Positions 17,261 to 24,888 are shown, counted from the first letter of the stretch. The stretch: 33,481 bases of DNA from an uncultured Candidatus Saccharibacteria bacterium (GCA_964437745.1 CAYTHZ010000001.1:1-33481), one strand, 5' to 3'. Made by a program: numbers and translations. The notes: a model not told the origin generated them from the sequence alone.

Positions 17261-18292
17261 ATGAGAATTGCTATTAATGGTTTTGGCCGCATTGGCCGCG
17301 GATTTTTCAGGACGGCTTTTGGGCAACCGGATGTTGAAATTGCGGCAATAAACGATTTGGGAGATATTGAAAATTTGGCTTATCTTTTGAAATACGATTC
17401 GGTTTACGGCAAATGCGGCTATGAAGTAAAAGCGGATAAAAATAATAATGCGTTGATTGTCGGCGGTAAGGAAATTAAATTTATTCAGGAAAAAGAATTG
17501 CTAAAATTGCCGTGGAAAGATTTAAACATTGATGTTGTGGTAGAATCAACTGGAGCTTTTGATACGATTGATAAAGTGGCTTTGCATCTGGATGCCGGAT
17601 CCAAAAGAGTGGTGCTTTCTGCTCCTTTTAAAAAAGCGAAAATGGATGGCGTAAAAATTGAAGGAGTAACGGCTTTGCCGGGAATTAACGATGATGATTT
17701 GGCGAAGTCCGCAGCGTCATCCAATGGGTCATGCACTACTAATGCGGTCGCGCCGGTGGCTTATATTCTTTCGCAAAATCCGGGAATTAAAAAAGCCTTG
17801 TTAAATACTACTCATGCTTATACCGCCACCCAAAGAATAGTTGATGGTCCGGACGCGAAGGATTGGCGCAGGGGCAGAGCCGGAGCTGTTAGTCTAATTC
17901 CTTCCACTACAGGAGCCGCTATTTCGGTTGCCGAGGTGGTTCCGGCGCTTAAGGGATTGTTTGACGGATTAAGCATTAGAACTCCTTTGCCGATTGTTTC
18001 TTTGGCTGATATTACTTTTATAAGCGCGCGGCCGACGACTAAAGAAGAAATTAATGATATTTTACTGAAAGCGTCGCAGAATCCGCGCTGGCAGGGAATT
18101 TTGAAAGTTAGCGACGAAGAATTGGTGTCTAGCGATTTAAAGGCAGATCCTTATCCTTCTGTTGTTGATTCTAAATTTACCAAAGTGGTAGATGGAGATT
18201 TGGTAAAAGTTTTAGTATGGTATGATAATGAATGGGGTTATAATCAAAGCTTGCTTTATCATATAAAAAAAGCGGCAAGTTATATAAAGTGA
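17261..18292 (+). CDS. gap: Type I glyceraldehyde-3-phosphate dehydrogenase
   Basis: MRIAINGFGRIGR, catalytic SCTTN, WYDNEWGY. Confidence 0.93.
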   Translation: MRIAINGFGRIGRGFFRTAFGQPDVEIAAINDLGDIENLAYLLKYDSVYGKCGYEVKADKNNNALIVGGKEIKFIQEKELLKLPWKDLNIDVVVESTGAFDTIDKVALHLDAGSKRVVLSAPFKKAKMDGVKIEGVTALPGINDDDLAKSAASSNGSCTTNAVAPVAYILSQNPGIKKALLNTTHAYTATQRIVDGPDAKDWRRGRAGAVSLIPSTTGAAISVAEVVPALKGLFDGLSIRTPLPIVSLADITFISARPTTKEEINDILLKASQNPRWQGILKVSDEELVSSDLKADPYPSVVDSKFTKVVDGDLVKVLVWYDNEWGYNQSLLYHIKKAASYIK

Positions 18293-18421
18293 ACAATATC
18301 AATTTTCGTGTTGATTTAGTTGGATATTTGGCGTGGTTTCGTGTATAAATTTTTCCAAAACACGAATAAGCGCAAATATGAAACGAATAATCATGAAAAA
18401 ATATTAGTCATCAATTGAGGC

Positions 18422-19069
18422 ATGCAAATTAATCGCAAAACCATTATTATTTCGGGAATTATAATTATAGCAATCATTGTTGCTTTGATTTTTTTATTTC
18501 CTAAAAAGAAAAACAATGATTTGTTCGACATTTCTTCTCCGGTTTTACCAACGCCGGGTGAACAACAAAATGGCGCAGTTGTGCCAACTCCTTTTCCACC
18601 CGAAGAAATAGACACTAAAACGCCGCCGTCTTTGATTGCGGAGAAAATAGAATATGAAACTAATAAGCGCGACTCCGACAGGATTTCTAAAATATCGTTG
18701 ATGGCGGGAGTTTTAATGAGCTATGTTGGCGAAGCGGGAGATCCAAAATCTTATCCGCCTTATCCTACTGCCTTAAAGTGGGTAAATCTCAGCGATAAAA
18801 CCAGCGCCGTTTATAAAAAGCTGAAAAGTATTGCCGAAGTGTCTAGTGTGGGAATGCCGAATGTGTTTGACGTGATTGATCCATTGCATCCGAATTATTA
18901 TTACGGTTATCGTTCGTTAGGCGGGAAAACCTGCGAGTTAAGCATTCGTCTGGAAGCGCAAGGCGAATTGTATAAAGGATTATGCGATCCGTCCATAAAA
19001 GAAATATGCGTTTATATTCATAATGTGGAAAGGCCGGTTGACGATTTGCCTAATGCGCCGTCAACATAG
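18422..19069 (+). CDS. Hypothetical membrane-anchored extracytoplasmic protein
   Basis: 215-aa ORF with an N-terminal TM helix (IIISGIIIIAIIVALIFLF) and a Pro-rich linker. No family recognised. Confidence 0.5.
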   Translation: MQINRKTIIISGIIIIAIIVALIFLFPKKKNNDLFDISSPVLPTPGEQQNGAVVPTPFPPEEIDTKTPPSLIAEKIEYETNKRDSDRISKISLMAGVLMSYVGEAGDPKSYPPYPTALKWVNLSDKTSAVYKKLKSIAEVSSVGMPNVFDVIDPLHPNYYYGYRSLGGKTCELSIRLEAQGELYKGLCDPSIKEICVYIHNVERPVDDLPNAPST

Positions 19070-19118
19070 CATATAAGCAACGACTAACCACTGACTACTG
19101 ACAACAATATTTAATTTT

Positions 19119-19150
19119 GTTGTAAGTTGTAAGTTGTAAGTTGTAAGTTA
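19119..19150. repeat. Heptamer tandem repeat (GTTGTAA x4.5) ending 2 nt before a start codon
   Basis: GTTGTAA at 19119, 19126, 19133 and 19140, then GTTA. The TTG start is at 19153. Confidence 0.9.
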
Positions 19151-19152
19151 AA

Positions 19153-20109
19153 TTGAAAATATTTATTACTCGTCAGATTCCCGATGTGGGTATCAAAATG
19201 CTTCAGGATAAGGGATTCCAGGTGGATGTTGGTCCGGAAGAGCCGCCGCCAAGAGAATATTTGCTGGAAAAGATAAAAGGCGCAGATGCCGTTCTTTCCA
19301 TTTTAACTGAAAAGATTAATGCCGAGGCAATGGATGCTGCCGGTCCGCAGTTAAAAGTCGTGGCAAATTACGCGGTGGGATTTGACAATATTAATGTTGA
19401 GGAGGCGAAAAAAAGAGGGATACAAATTACTAATACGCCCGGAGTTTTGACCGAGGCGGTGGCAGAGCATACTATCGCTATTTTGTTTGCGGTTGCCGAA
19501 AGAATAGTGGAGGCGGATGAATATGTTAGAAGAGGAAAATTTAAATCTTGGGGTCCGAAACTCTTATTGGGAATTGACATAAGGGCAAAAACTTTGGGAA
19601 TAGTGGGGTTGGGAAGAATCGGTTGCGAGGTTGCCAAAAGAATGCGCGACGGCTTTGAGTTAAAAGTAATTTACTACGATATAAAAAGAAACGAGGAGCT
19701 GGAAAAACAATATAATATTGAATATCGGTCTTTTGACGACTTGCTTAAAGAGTCGGATTTTGTAAGCATTCATGTGCCGCTTTTGGATTCCACTCGCCAT
19801 ATGATAAACGCGGAGAAATTGAAATTAATGAAAAAAAGCGCGGTTTTGATAAATACCAGCCGCGGCCCGGTTATAGACGAATCAGCTTTGGTTTATGCTT
19901 TAAAAAGCGGCCAAATTTTTGGAGCAGGTCTGGATGTTTTTGAATTTGAGCCGCAGTTAACGCAGGGGCTTATTGAATTGGATAATGTTGTCTTAACTCC
20001 TCATATTGCTTCGGCTACTTTAGAAACCAGAAATAAAATGGCGGAAATGGCGGCTCAAAATATCATAGAAGTTTTGGAGGGCAGAAAGCCGATAAATCCG
20101 GTTTATTAA
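19153..20109 (+). CDS. D-isomer-specific 2-hydroxyacid dehydrogenase (glyoxylate/hydroxypyruvate reductase-like)
   Basis: GIVGLGRIGCEVAKR NAD site, INTSRGPVIDE, LTPHIASAT. TTG start. Confidence 0.88.
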   Translation: MKIFITRQIPDVGIKMLQDKGFQVDVGPEEPPPREYLLEKIKGADAVLSILTEKINAEAMDAAGPQLKVVANYAVGFDNINVEEAKKRGIQITNTPGVLTEAVAEHTIAILFAVAERIVEADEYVRRGKFKSWGPKLLLGIDIRAKTLGIVGLGRIGCEVAKRMRDGFELKVIYYDIKRNEELEKQYNIEYRSFDDLLKESDFVSIHVPLLDSTRHMINAEKLKLMKKSAVLINTSRGPVIDESALVYALKSGQIFGAGLDVFEFEPQLTQGLIELDNVVLTPHIASATLETRNKMAEMAAQNIIEVLEGRKPINPVY

Positions 20110-20166
20110 ATTTACGAAGCAATAATTAAGCGATCTTTCCTGCCTACCTTGACTTCACCGATGAGC

Positions 20167-20349
20167 GCGCCCATAGCTCAGCGGCAGAGCAGTCGTCTTT
20201 ACCCGCCTGCCAAAAGCCGCACCTGTAGCTCAGTGGCAGAGCAAGCGTCTTATAAGCGCTGGGTCGTAGGTTCGATCCCTACCAGGTGCACTTAAAGACG
20301 GCGGGCAGGTAAGCGACACGGGTCCTTGGTTCGAATCCAAGTGGGCGCA
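20167..20349 (+). tRNA. Interrupted tRNA gene: canonical acceptor, D and T arms, but the anticodon loop is replaced by a long helix carrying tRNA-Ile
   Basis: GCGCCCA (20167-73) pairs with TGGGCGC (20342-48), discriminator A. D arm GCTC-AGCGGCA-GAGC. T arm CTTGG-TTCGAAT-CCAAG. Anticodon stem GTCGT (20192-96) / GCGAC (20313-17). Then 20199-20211 pairs with 20300-20312 in 12 of 13 positions. Confidence 0.55.
20219..20290 (+). tRNA. tRNA-Ile (anticodon TAT)
   Basis: 72-nt cloverleaf: GCACCTG/CAGGTGC acceptor, GCTC-AGTGGCA-GAGC, AGCGT-CTTATAA-GCGCT, GGGTC, GTAGG-TTCGATC-CCTAC, discriminator A. CCA is not encoded. Confidence 0.9.
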
Positions 20350-20597
20350 GTTAAGGCGAAATAGACGCGGGTAAGCGCTGGGTTTTATCGGAGGCGGATA
20401 AACTCCGGTTCAATCCTTACCAGGCCTACCAGGCGCGCTTAAAATCAAGGGGTAGGTAAGTCGCTGTCCCTGGTTTAAATCTGGGCGCGTTCAAATTCAA
20501 TGTGAAGTTAGGCGCGGATAAACGTTGAGTTTTGCCGGGGGCGAACAAACCTTGGTTTAATTTATATTGAGCGCGCCAAACTTACGCTTAGCTTATA
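20350..20597 (+). pseudogene. Two decayed tandem copies of (tRNA-Ile 3' part + outer-tRNA 3' part)
   Basis: 20372-20383 is identical to 20253-20264 (TAAGCGCTGGGT). 20407-20424 matches 20269-20286 at 16/18. 20438-20489 matches 20291-20349 at about 70% by eye. 20490-20577 aligns to 20350-20438. Confidence 0.6.
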
Positions 20598-20625
20598 AGA
20601 ATTCTGATTTAATCAGAATTTTCTA
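20598..20625 (+). terminator. AT-rich hairpin terminator after the tRNA locus
   Basis: AATTCTGAT (20600-08) pairs with ATCAGAATT (20612-20), followed by TTCT. It ends at the next ATG. Confidence 0.45.
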
Positions 20626-21168
20626 ATGATTAAAAAAATTAATTTAAATTTTATAAAAGAATCTAAATACGGAGGCGTTTTTATAACGTTGTTGAAAAAT
20701 TTAACAACTTTGTCTTTATTGTTGGCAGCTTTGTATATGGTAAGCCAAAATATGGAAAAACGAGCGAATGCGATAGTTGCTGACAAACAAAAAATAGCAG
20801 AAAACACCCATCAATTAAACAGGTATTCATTTTTAGCGTCGCAGGAAAAAAATTTTTCTGGTCAAATTCAGGCAATTGATCGTTTGCTGCCCAAAGGAGA
20901 GGATTTATTGCTGGTAAGAAGCGGAATAGTTTCACAAGCCGATCGTCTCGGGCTATTGTTGAATATTAATTTTGGCAGCAAAGAATTTTTAGGGAACGGC
21001 CTTTCGGCCATAAAAATCAATTTAAATTCAAAAGCCCAATCCGTCTTTCAGATATATTCTTTTTTAGACGGGCTTCAAAAACAACCGTTTTATTTAAGCA
21101 TAGATTCTTTTAATTTAGAAAAAACCGATTTTTTCGGAACGGGTAAAATATTCATTCAGCCGGAATAA
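20626..21168 (+). CDS. Hypothetical single-pass membrane protein (PilO-like architecture, unconfirmed)
   Basis: 180 aa, one N-terminal TM helix, then a coiled-coil and a small domain. Confidence 0.45.
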   Translation: MIKKINLNFIKESKYGGVFITLLKNLTTLSLLLAALYMVSQNMEKRANAIVADKQKIAENTHQLNRYSFLASQEKNFSGQIQAIDRLLPKGEDLLLVRSGIVSQADRLGLLLNINFGSKEFLGNGLSAIKINLNSKAQSVFQIYSFLDGLQKQPFYLSIDSFNLEKTDFFGTGKIFIQPE

Positions 21169-21175
21169 TGGATTT

Positions 21176-21403
21176 ATGGCATTTTTAACTTCAAGATTAA
21201 AATTTAAAATCGCTCATGGAGGTGTGGCCGTTATTATTTTCGCATTGCTGGTTTTATTTATATCAAACAGGCTGGCTTTTTTAATATCCGTTTTAGATGA
21301 TGTTTTTTCCCCGCATCCCCCCATAATGGAAAAGATAGAAATTGATCAAGAAAGTTTAAAAAAATTAGAGGATAAAATTTTGATTGTTCCAATGTCGCGA
21401 TAA
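21176..21403 (+). CDS. Small membrane protein, hypothetical
   Basis: 75-aa ORF with a TM helix (GGVAVIIFALLVLFI), tightly spaced between neighbouring genes. Confidence 0.4.
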   Translation: MAFLTSRLKFKIAHGGVAVIIFALLVLFISNRLAFLISVLDDVFSPHPPIMEKIEIDQESLKKLEDKILIVPMSR

Positions 21404-21405
21404 TT

Positions 21406-21780
21406 ATGTTAATTTCAAAAATTATCCAAAAATTATTTTTTTTGTTGATTTTAGCAGCCTTTTCTTTTTTTGGATTTTTTTTGATTAAAAAGGGCGGCGC
21501 GGCGCATAATAAATACGAAGAATTAAAAGAATTAAAAAATAAAATTTTTTCGCTGGAAAAAGAAAATAGCCGCCTTCGCGCGGAAATAAAATTTTTTAAT
21601 AATCCCGATAATTTGGAAAAAGAAGCGCGCTCGGTTTTAAATTATAAAAGCCCCGGAGAAAAAATGGCCGTAATTGTAAACGATAAAAACATTAATCAGC
21701 CCGATGGCGGCCAAAATGCGCTATTGTCCGAATATAAATTTACGGATAAGCTTAAAAAATGGTTAAATGCTATATTTTAA
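21406..21780 (+). CDS. Septum-formation initiator (FtsB/DivIC-family) protein
   Basis: TM helix followed by LKELKNKIFSLEKENSRLRAEIKFFNNPDNLEKEARSVLNYKSPGEKM, the FtsB/DivIC leucine-zipper and conserved tail pattern. Confidence 0.65.
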   Translation: MLISKIIQKLFFLLILAAFSFFGFFLIKKGGAAHNKYEELKELKNKIFSLEKENSRLRAEIKFFNNPDNLEKEARSVLNYKSPGEKMAVIVNDKNINQPDGGQNALLSEYKFTDKLKKWLNAIF

Positions 21781-21790
21781 AAACTGAAAA

Positions 21791-21807
21791 CTAATAACTA
21801 ATAACTA
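21791..21807. repeat. Heptamer repeat CTAATAA x2.4 just upstream of the hydrogenase beta gene
   Basis: CTAATAA at 21791 and 21798, then CTA. The ATG is at 21811. Confidence 0.8.
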
Positions 21808-21810
21808 TTT

Positions 21811-22896
21811 ATGGTTTATTGCATACAAAAAAATAAAATTCCGGCTCTTATTAATTATTTGCGCTCAAAATATGAAGTTTTTGCGCCTCAAAATAAAGAG
21901 ACGGATATTGTTTTTGATAAAATAACCGATTCTTCGGATATTGTTTATCAATACGAGATCACTATTTTGCCGGCAAAAAAATACTTTTTACCGGAAGAAG
22001 AAAATTTATTTACGATTGAAAACTCGGCAAAAAATAAAAAAATTTCCGCGGGAGAAAAAATTAAGCCGTTTGTTCTTTTCGGGCTGTCTTTGAAAGATTT
22101 GGAAGCCATTGCTTATTTAGATGAAATAATGAATTTTAAATTTAAGGATGATTTTTATTTCAACAGGCGCAAAAAATCGATTTTAATAGCCATAACGGAA
22201 CGTCCTGTTTGCAGCCCATTTTCGGGCGCTTGCGCGCCCTTTGGCGGATTTGCCACTCCTTCATTCGGTGATTTAATTTTGGAAAAAATAGGAAAAGATT
22301 TGTATGCTGCCACTGCTTTTAGCCAAGCCGGCAAGAATTTATTGAAAAACCGATGTTTTAAACGTCAAAATATTGCTAAGATTTTGTCAAAAAATACCCA
22401 TTTGATTTCCGAAGGAGAATTGGGGAAAGAAAAGCCTAATGCCGACGGCTATTTGGTTTTGGCCGATTTGATAAAAGACAGCGAACTTTTGGCAAGGTCC
22501 GTGGAGTGGTCCTGGAAAGGCTATCCGGCTATTTGGGATGAGTTGGGCAGGCAATGTCTGGGTTGCGGAAATTGCGTTTATGTTTGCCCATTATGCTATT
22601 GTTTTGATATTGAAGATAAAATAATAAATCAAGAAAAGTGCGTTCGCTGCCGCAAGTGGGACGCTTGCGTTTTGCCGGATTTTAATTTGTTGGCCGGCGG
22701 CCACAGTTTTCATCCGACTATCAAAGAAAGGTATTATAATTGGTTTTACCATAAATTTGTTAGAGGCTACAATGAATTTGGAAGATCTTTGTGCGTTGCC
22801 TGCCATCGCTGTCAAAAGTTTTGTCCGGCGGGAATAGACATAGAAAAAGTGTTGAATAAGATCGTTAAAGAATATAAAAAAAATTCTAAATTTTAA
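21811..22896 (+). CDS. hydB: [NiFe] hydrogenase group-3b-type beta subunit (4Fe-4S, HydB-like)
   Basis: CLGCGNCVYVCPLCYCFD and CVACHRCQKFCPAGI cluster motifs. Position is first in a beta-gamma-delta-alpha order. Confidence 0.8.
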   Translation: MVYCIQKNKIPALINYLRSKYEVFAPQNKETDIVFDKITDSSDIVYQYEITILPAKKYFLPEEENLFTIENSAKNKKISAGEKIKPFVLFGLSLKDLEAIAYLDEIMNFKFKDDFYFNRRKKSILIAITERPVCSPFSGACAPFGGFATPSFGDLILEKIGKDLYAATAFSQAGKNLLKNRCFKRQNIAKILSKNTHLISEGELGKEKPNADGYLVLADLIKDSELLARSVEWSWKGYPAIWDELGRQCLGCGNCVYVCPLCYCFDIEDKIINQEKCVRCRKWDACVLPDFNLLAGGHSFHPTIKERYYNWFYHKFVRGYNEFGRSLCVACHRCQKFCPAGIDIEKVLNKIVKEYKKNSKF

Positions 22897-22922
22897 ATTC
22901 CATATTCTAAATTTTAAAAACT

Positions 22923-23741
22923 ATGAATTTATATCTGCCGGTTTCGGCAAAAATTTTAAAAATAGAGGATTTATCAAATTCGGTAAAGCTTTTTCGCTTG
23001 GCGCCGAAATGGAAATTAAAGAAAAATAAGCAAGGGATATATTTTACGCCCGCGCAATTTGTGGTTGCCGGAATGTGGGGAATAGGCGAAGCGCCGTTCG
23101 GCGTCGCCTCCTCTCCTTATGAAGGAAAATATATAGAGATTGCAGTGCGGAAAGTTGGTAATTTTACAACCGCTTTGCATAATTTAAAAGAAGGCGATGA
23201 AATTACAATTAGGGGCCCTTATGGCAACGGCTATCCTTTGGATTTTTTTGAAAAGAAAGACGTTATAATGCTTACCGGCGGCTGCGGCATTCCGCCGATT
23301 TCTTCGCTGGCGGAATATATCATTGGGAAACGAGAAAGATTCAACCGGGTTTATTTAATGCACGGCGCTAAAACTCCTCAAGATTTATTGATGCGCGACA
23401 GATATTCTCGCTGGAAAAAATATATTGAAATGCTTTTAACGGTTGATGTTTCGGATAAAACTTGGCATGGCCATGTTGGCTTGATTACAGAATTAACCAA
23501 ATATATCAAAATTGATTCTCAAAATTGCGCCGTGGCAATGTGCGGTCCGGGGCCAATGACTAAGGCAATAGAAAATATTTTAAATCCTTTGGGAATCGCT
23601 GATCGCAGAATTTATGTTTCCGATGAGCGCCGGATGAAATGCGGCATAGGAAAATGCCAACATTGCGTTTGCGGAAAAAAATATGTCTGTTTGGACGGCC
23701 CGGTGTTTAATTTGGACGAAATAGACACAAATTGGGATTAA
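22923..23741 (+). CDS. hydG: Hydrogenase gamma subunit (FAD/NAD(P)-binding with C-terminal 2Fe-2S, HydG-like)
   Basis: Ferredoxin-reductase-type fold (FRL...GEAPFGVAS, GGCGIPP) and CGIGKCQHCVCGKKYVCLDGPVF. Confidence 0.85.
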   Translation: MNLYLPVSAKILKIEDLSNSVKLFRLAPKWKLKKNKQGIYFTPAQFVVAGMWGIGEAPFGVASSPYEGKYIEIAVRKVGNFTTALHNLKEGDEITIRGPYGNGYPLDFFEKKDVIMLTGGCGIPPISSLAEYIIGKRERFNRVYLMHGAKTPQDLLMRDRYSRWKKYIEMLLTVDVSDKTWHGHVGLITELTKYIKIDSQNCAVAMCGPGPMTKAIENILNPLGIADRRIYVSDERRMKCGIGKCQHCVCGKKYVCLDGPVFNLDEIDTNWD

Positions 23742-23749
23742 ATATTTGG

Positions 23750-23788
23750 TCTGCGAGCGTAAGCCGTTTACGGCGCAGCGCGAGCAGA
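23750..23788 (+). promoter_or_regulatory. GC-rich imperfect hairpin between hydG and hydD
   Basis: TCTGC/GCAGA (5 bp), GCGT/GCGC (4 bp with a G-U), GCCG/CGGC (4 bp) and a TTTA loop. No following T-run. Confidence 0.35.
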
Positions 23789-23810
23789 TATAAAATTAAA
23801 CAAATTTAAA

Positions 23811-24620
23811 ATGAAAAACAAAAATATTAAAAAAATAATAAAGAAGAAGAAATTAGCGATTTTTGATTTTACCGATTGCGAAGGATGCCAGATTGAATTA
23901 ATCAGTTTGGGAAAGCAATTGTTGAATTTGTTGCCGTATATTGAGATTGTAAATTGGCGATTGGGACAAGACAGGAAAGACGATGGGCCGTATGATGTTG
24001 CTTTGGTTGAGGGATGCCCCATTCAGCAGGAAGAAATTGATTGGCTTAAAGATATCCGCGAAAAATCAAAAGTTTTAATATCTTTGGGAACCTGCGCCAC
24101 CACCGGCGGCGTGCCGGCGATTATGGACAAAGAAAAGCGCGCTTATTGGTACAAGAAAATTTACGGCGAAAAATACAAGCCGCGGGGCATAGACGCTACG
24201 CCTTTATCAGCCCATGTTAAAATTGATGTCTTGATTTGCGGCTGTCCGATAAATGGAGCGGAAACGGCGCATATTTTAATGGATTTATTAAACGGCAAGG
24301 CGTGGCGCGGCAGGGGATATTCTGTTTGTTTTGAATGCAAAAAGGCGCAAAATCCCTGCCTTTTGGTGAATAAAGAGCCGTGTTTAGGGCCAATAACCCA
24401 GGGCGGCTGCGGAGCGATTTGCATAAGCGGCGATTCTTCGTGTTACGGCTGTTTCGGGATCCGCAAAGACGCCAATATAGATGAAATGATAAATATTTTG
24501 AAAGAATTTTGCGATGATGAGCAGATAGAACAATATTTTTCAATGTTTTTAAAAAGAACCGAGGCGTATCAAAAGGCGATTCTGAAAGTAAAAAAATCCG
24601 AAAAAAAGAAAATATCTTAA
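23811..24620 (+). CDS. hydD: [NiFe] hydrogenase small (delta) subunit, HydD-like
   Basis: FDFTDCEGCQIE, GTCATTGGVPA, and C-terminal Cys clusters (CGCPI, CFECK, GGCGAICISGDSSCYGC). Confidence 0.85.
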   Translation: MKNKNIKKIIKKKKLAIFDFTDCEGCQIELISLGKQLLNLLPYIEIVNWRLGQDRKDDGPYDVALVEGCPIQQEEIDWLKDIREKSKVLISLGTCATTGGVPAIMDKEKRAYWYKKIYGEKYKPRGIDATPLSAHVKIDVLICGCPINGAETAHILMDLLNGKAWRGRGYSVCFECKKAQNPCLLVNKEPCLGPITQGGCGAICISGDSSCYGCFGIRKDANIDEMINILKEFCDDEQIEQYFSMFLKRTEAYQKAILKVKKSEKKKIS

Positions 24621-24634
24621 AAAATTTGTTTTTT

Positions 24635-24663
24635 TTGACAAATTATTCTTTTTAGAATATCAT
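24635..24663 (+). promoter_or_regulatory. Promoter of the hicBA cassette (TTGACA-17 nt-TATCAT)
   Basis: TTGACA 24635-40 and TATCAT 24658-63. The hicB ATG at 24670 is 7 nt past the -10, which would make the mRNA leaderless or nearly so. Confidence 0.5.
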
Positions 24664-24669
24664 TTTATT

Positions 24670-24888
24670 ATGGTTTATAAATTTACTACGATTATTAATA
24701 AAGAACTTAAATGGTATGTGGTTCGTTGTGTGGAATTGGGGGTAATAAGCCAGGGGAAAACCATTGAAGAAGCGCAAAAAAATCTTAAAGAGGCGGTTGA
24801 GCTTTATTTGGAAGATGAACCAAAAATAAAAAAATATTTTTCTAAAACGTCGCCATTGATTACTGCCTTTGAATTGAATCATGCTTAA
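24670..24888 (+). CDS. hicB: HicB-family antitoxin
   Basis: KWYVVRCVELGVISQGKTIEEAQKNLKEAVELYLED is the HicB/UPF0150 N-terminal domain pattern. It overlaps hicA by 8 nt. Confidence 0.8.
   Translation: MVYKFTTIINKELKWYVVRCVELGVISQGKTIEEAQKNLKEAVELYLEDEPKIKKYFSKTSPLITAFELNHA

Noticed and set aside
17242-17262. TTGACA ... TATAAT immediately upstream of gap as its promoter
   Set aside because: The spacer is only 9 nt and the TATAAT overlaps the ATG, so the geometry is not functional.
19119-19150. Heptamer arrays (here and at 4624, 21791, 27644) as CRISPR-like or minisatellite mobile features
   Set aside because: The units are 7 nt with no spacers, far too short for CRISPR, and no cas genes are present.
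20197-20312. Group I self-splicing intron in the outer tRNA anticodon loop
   Set aside because: Only about 109 nt, most of which is a canonical tRNA. There is no room for the P3-P9 catalytic core; bacterial tRNA group I introns are more than 200 nt.
20303-20324. Reading the outer tRNA as a class II tRNA (anticodon stem 20192-96/20298-302 with a 22-nt variable arm)
   Set aside because: The would-be variable region has no self-complementary stem, and the loop would still contain a whole tRNA.
24161-24543. Minus-strand ORFs inside hydD
   Set aside because: They are antisense to a clear hydrogenase small-subunit gene.
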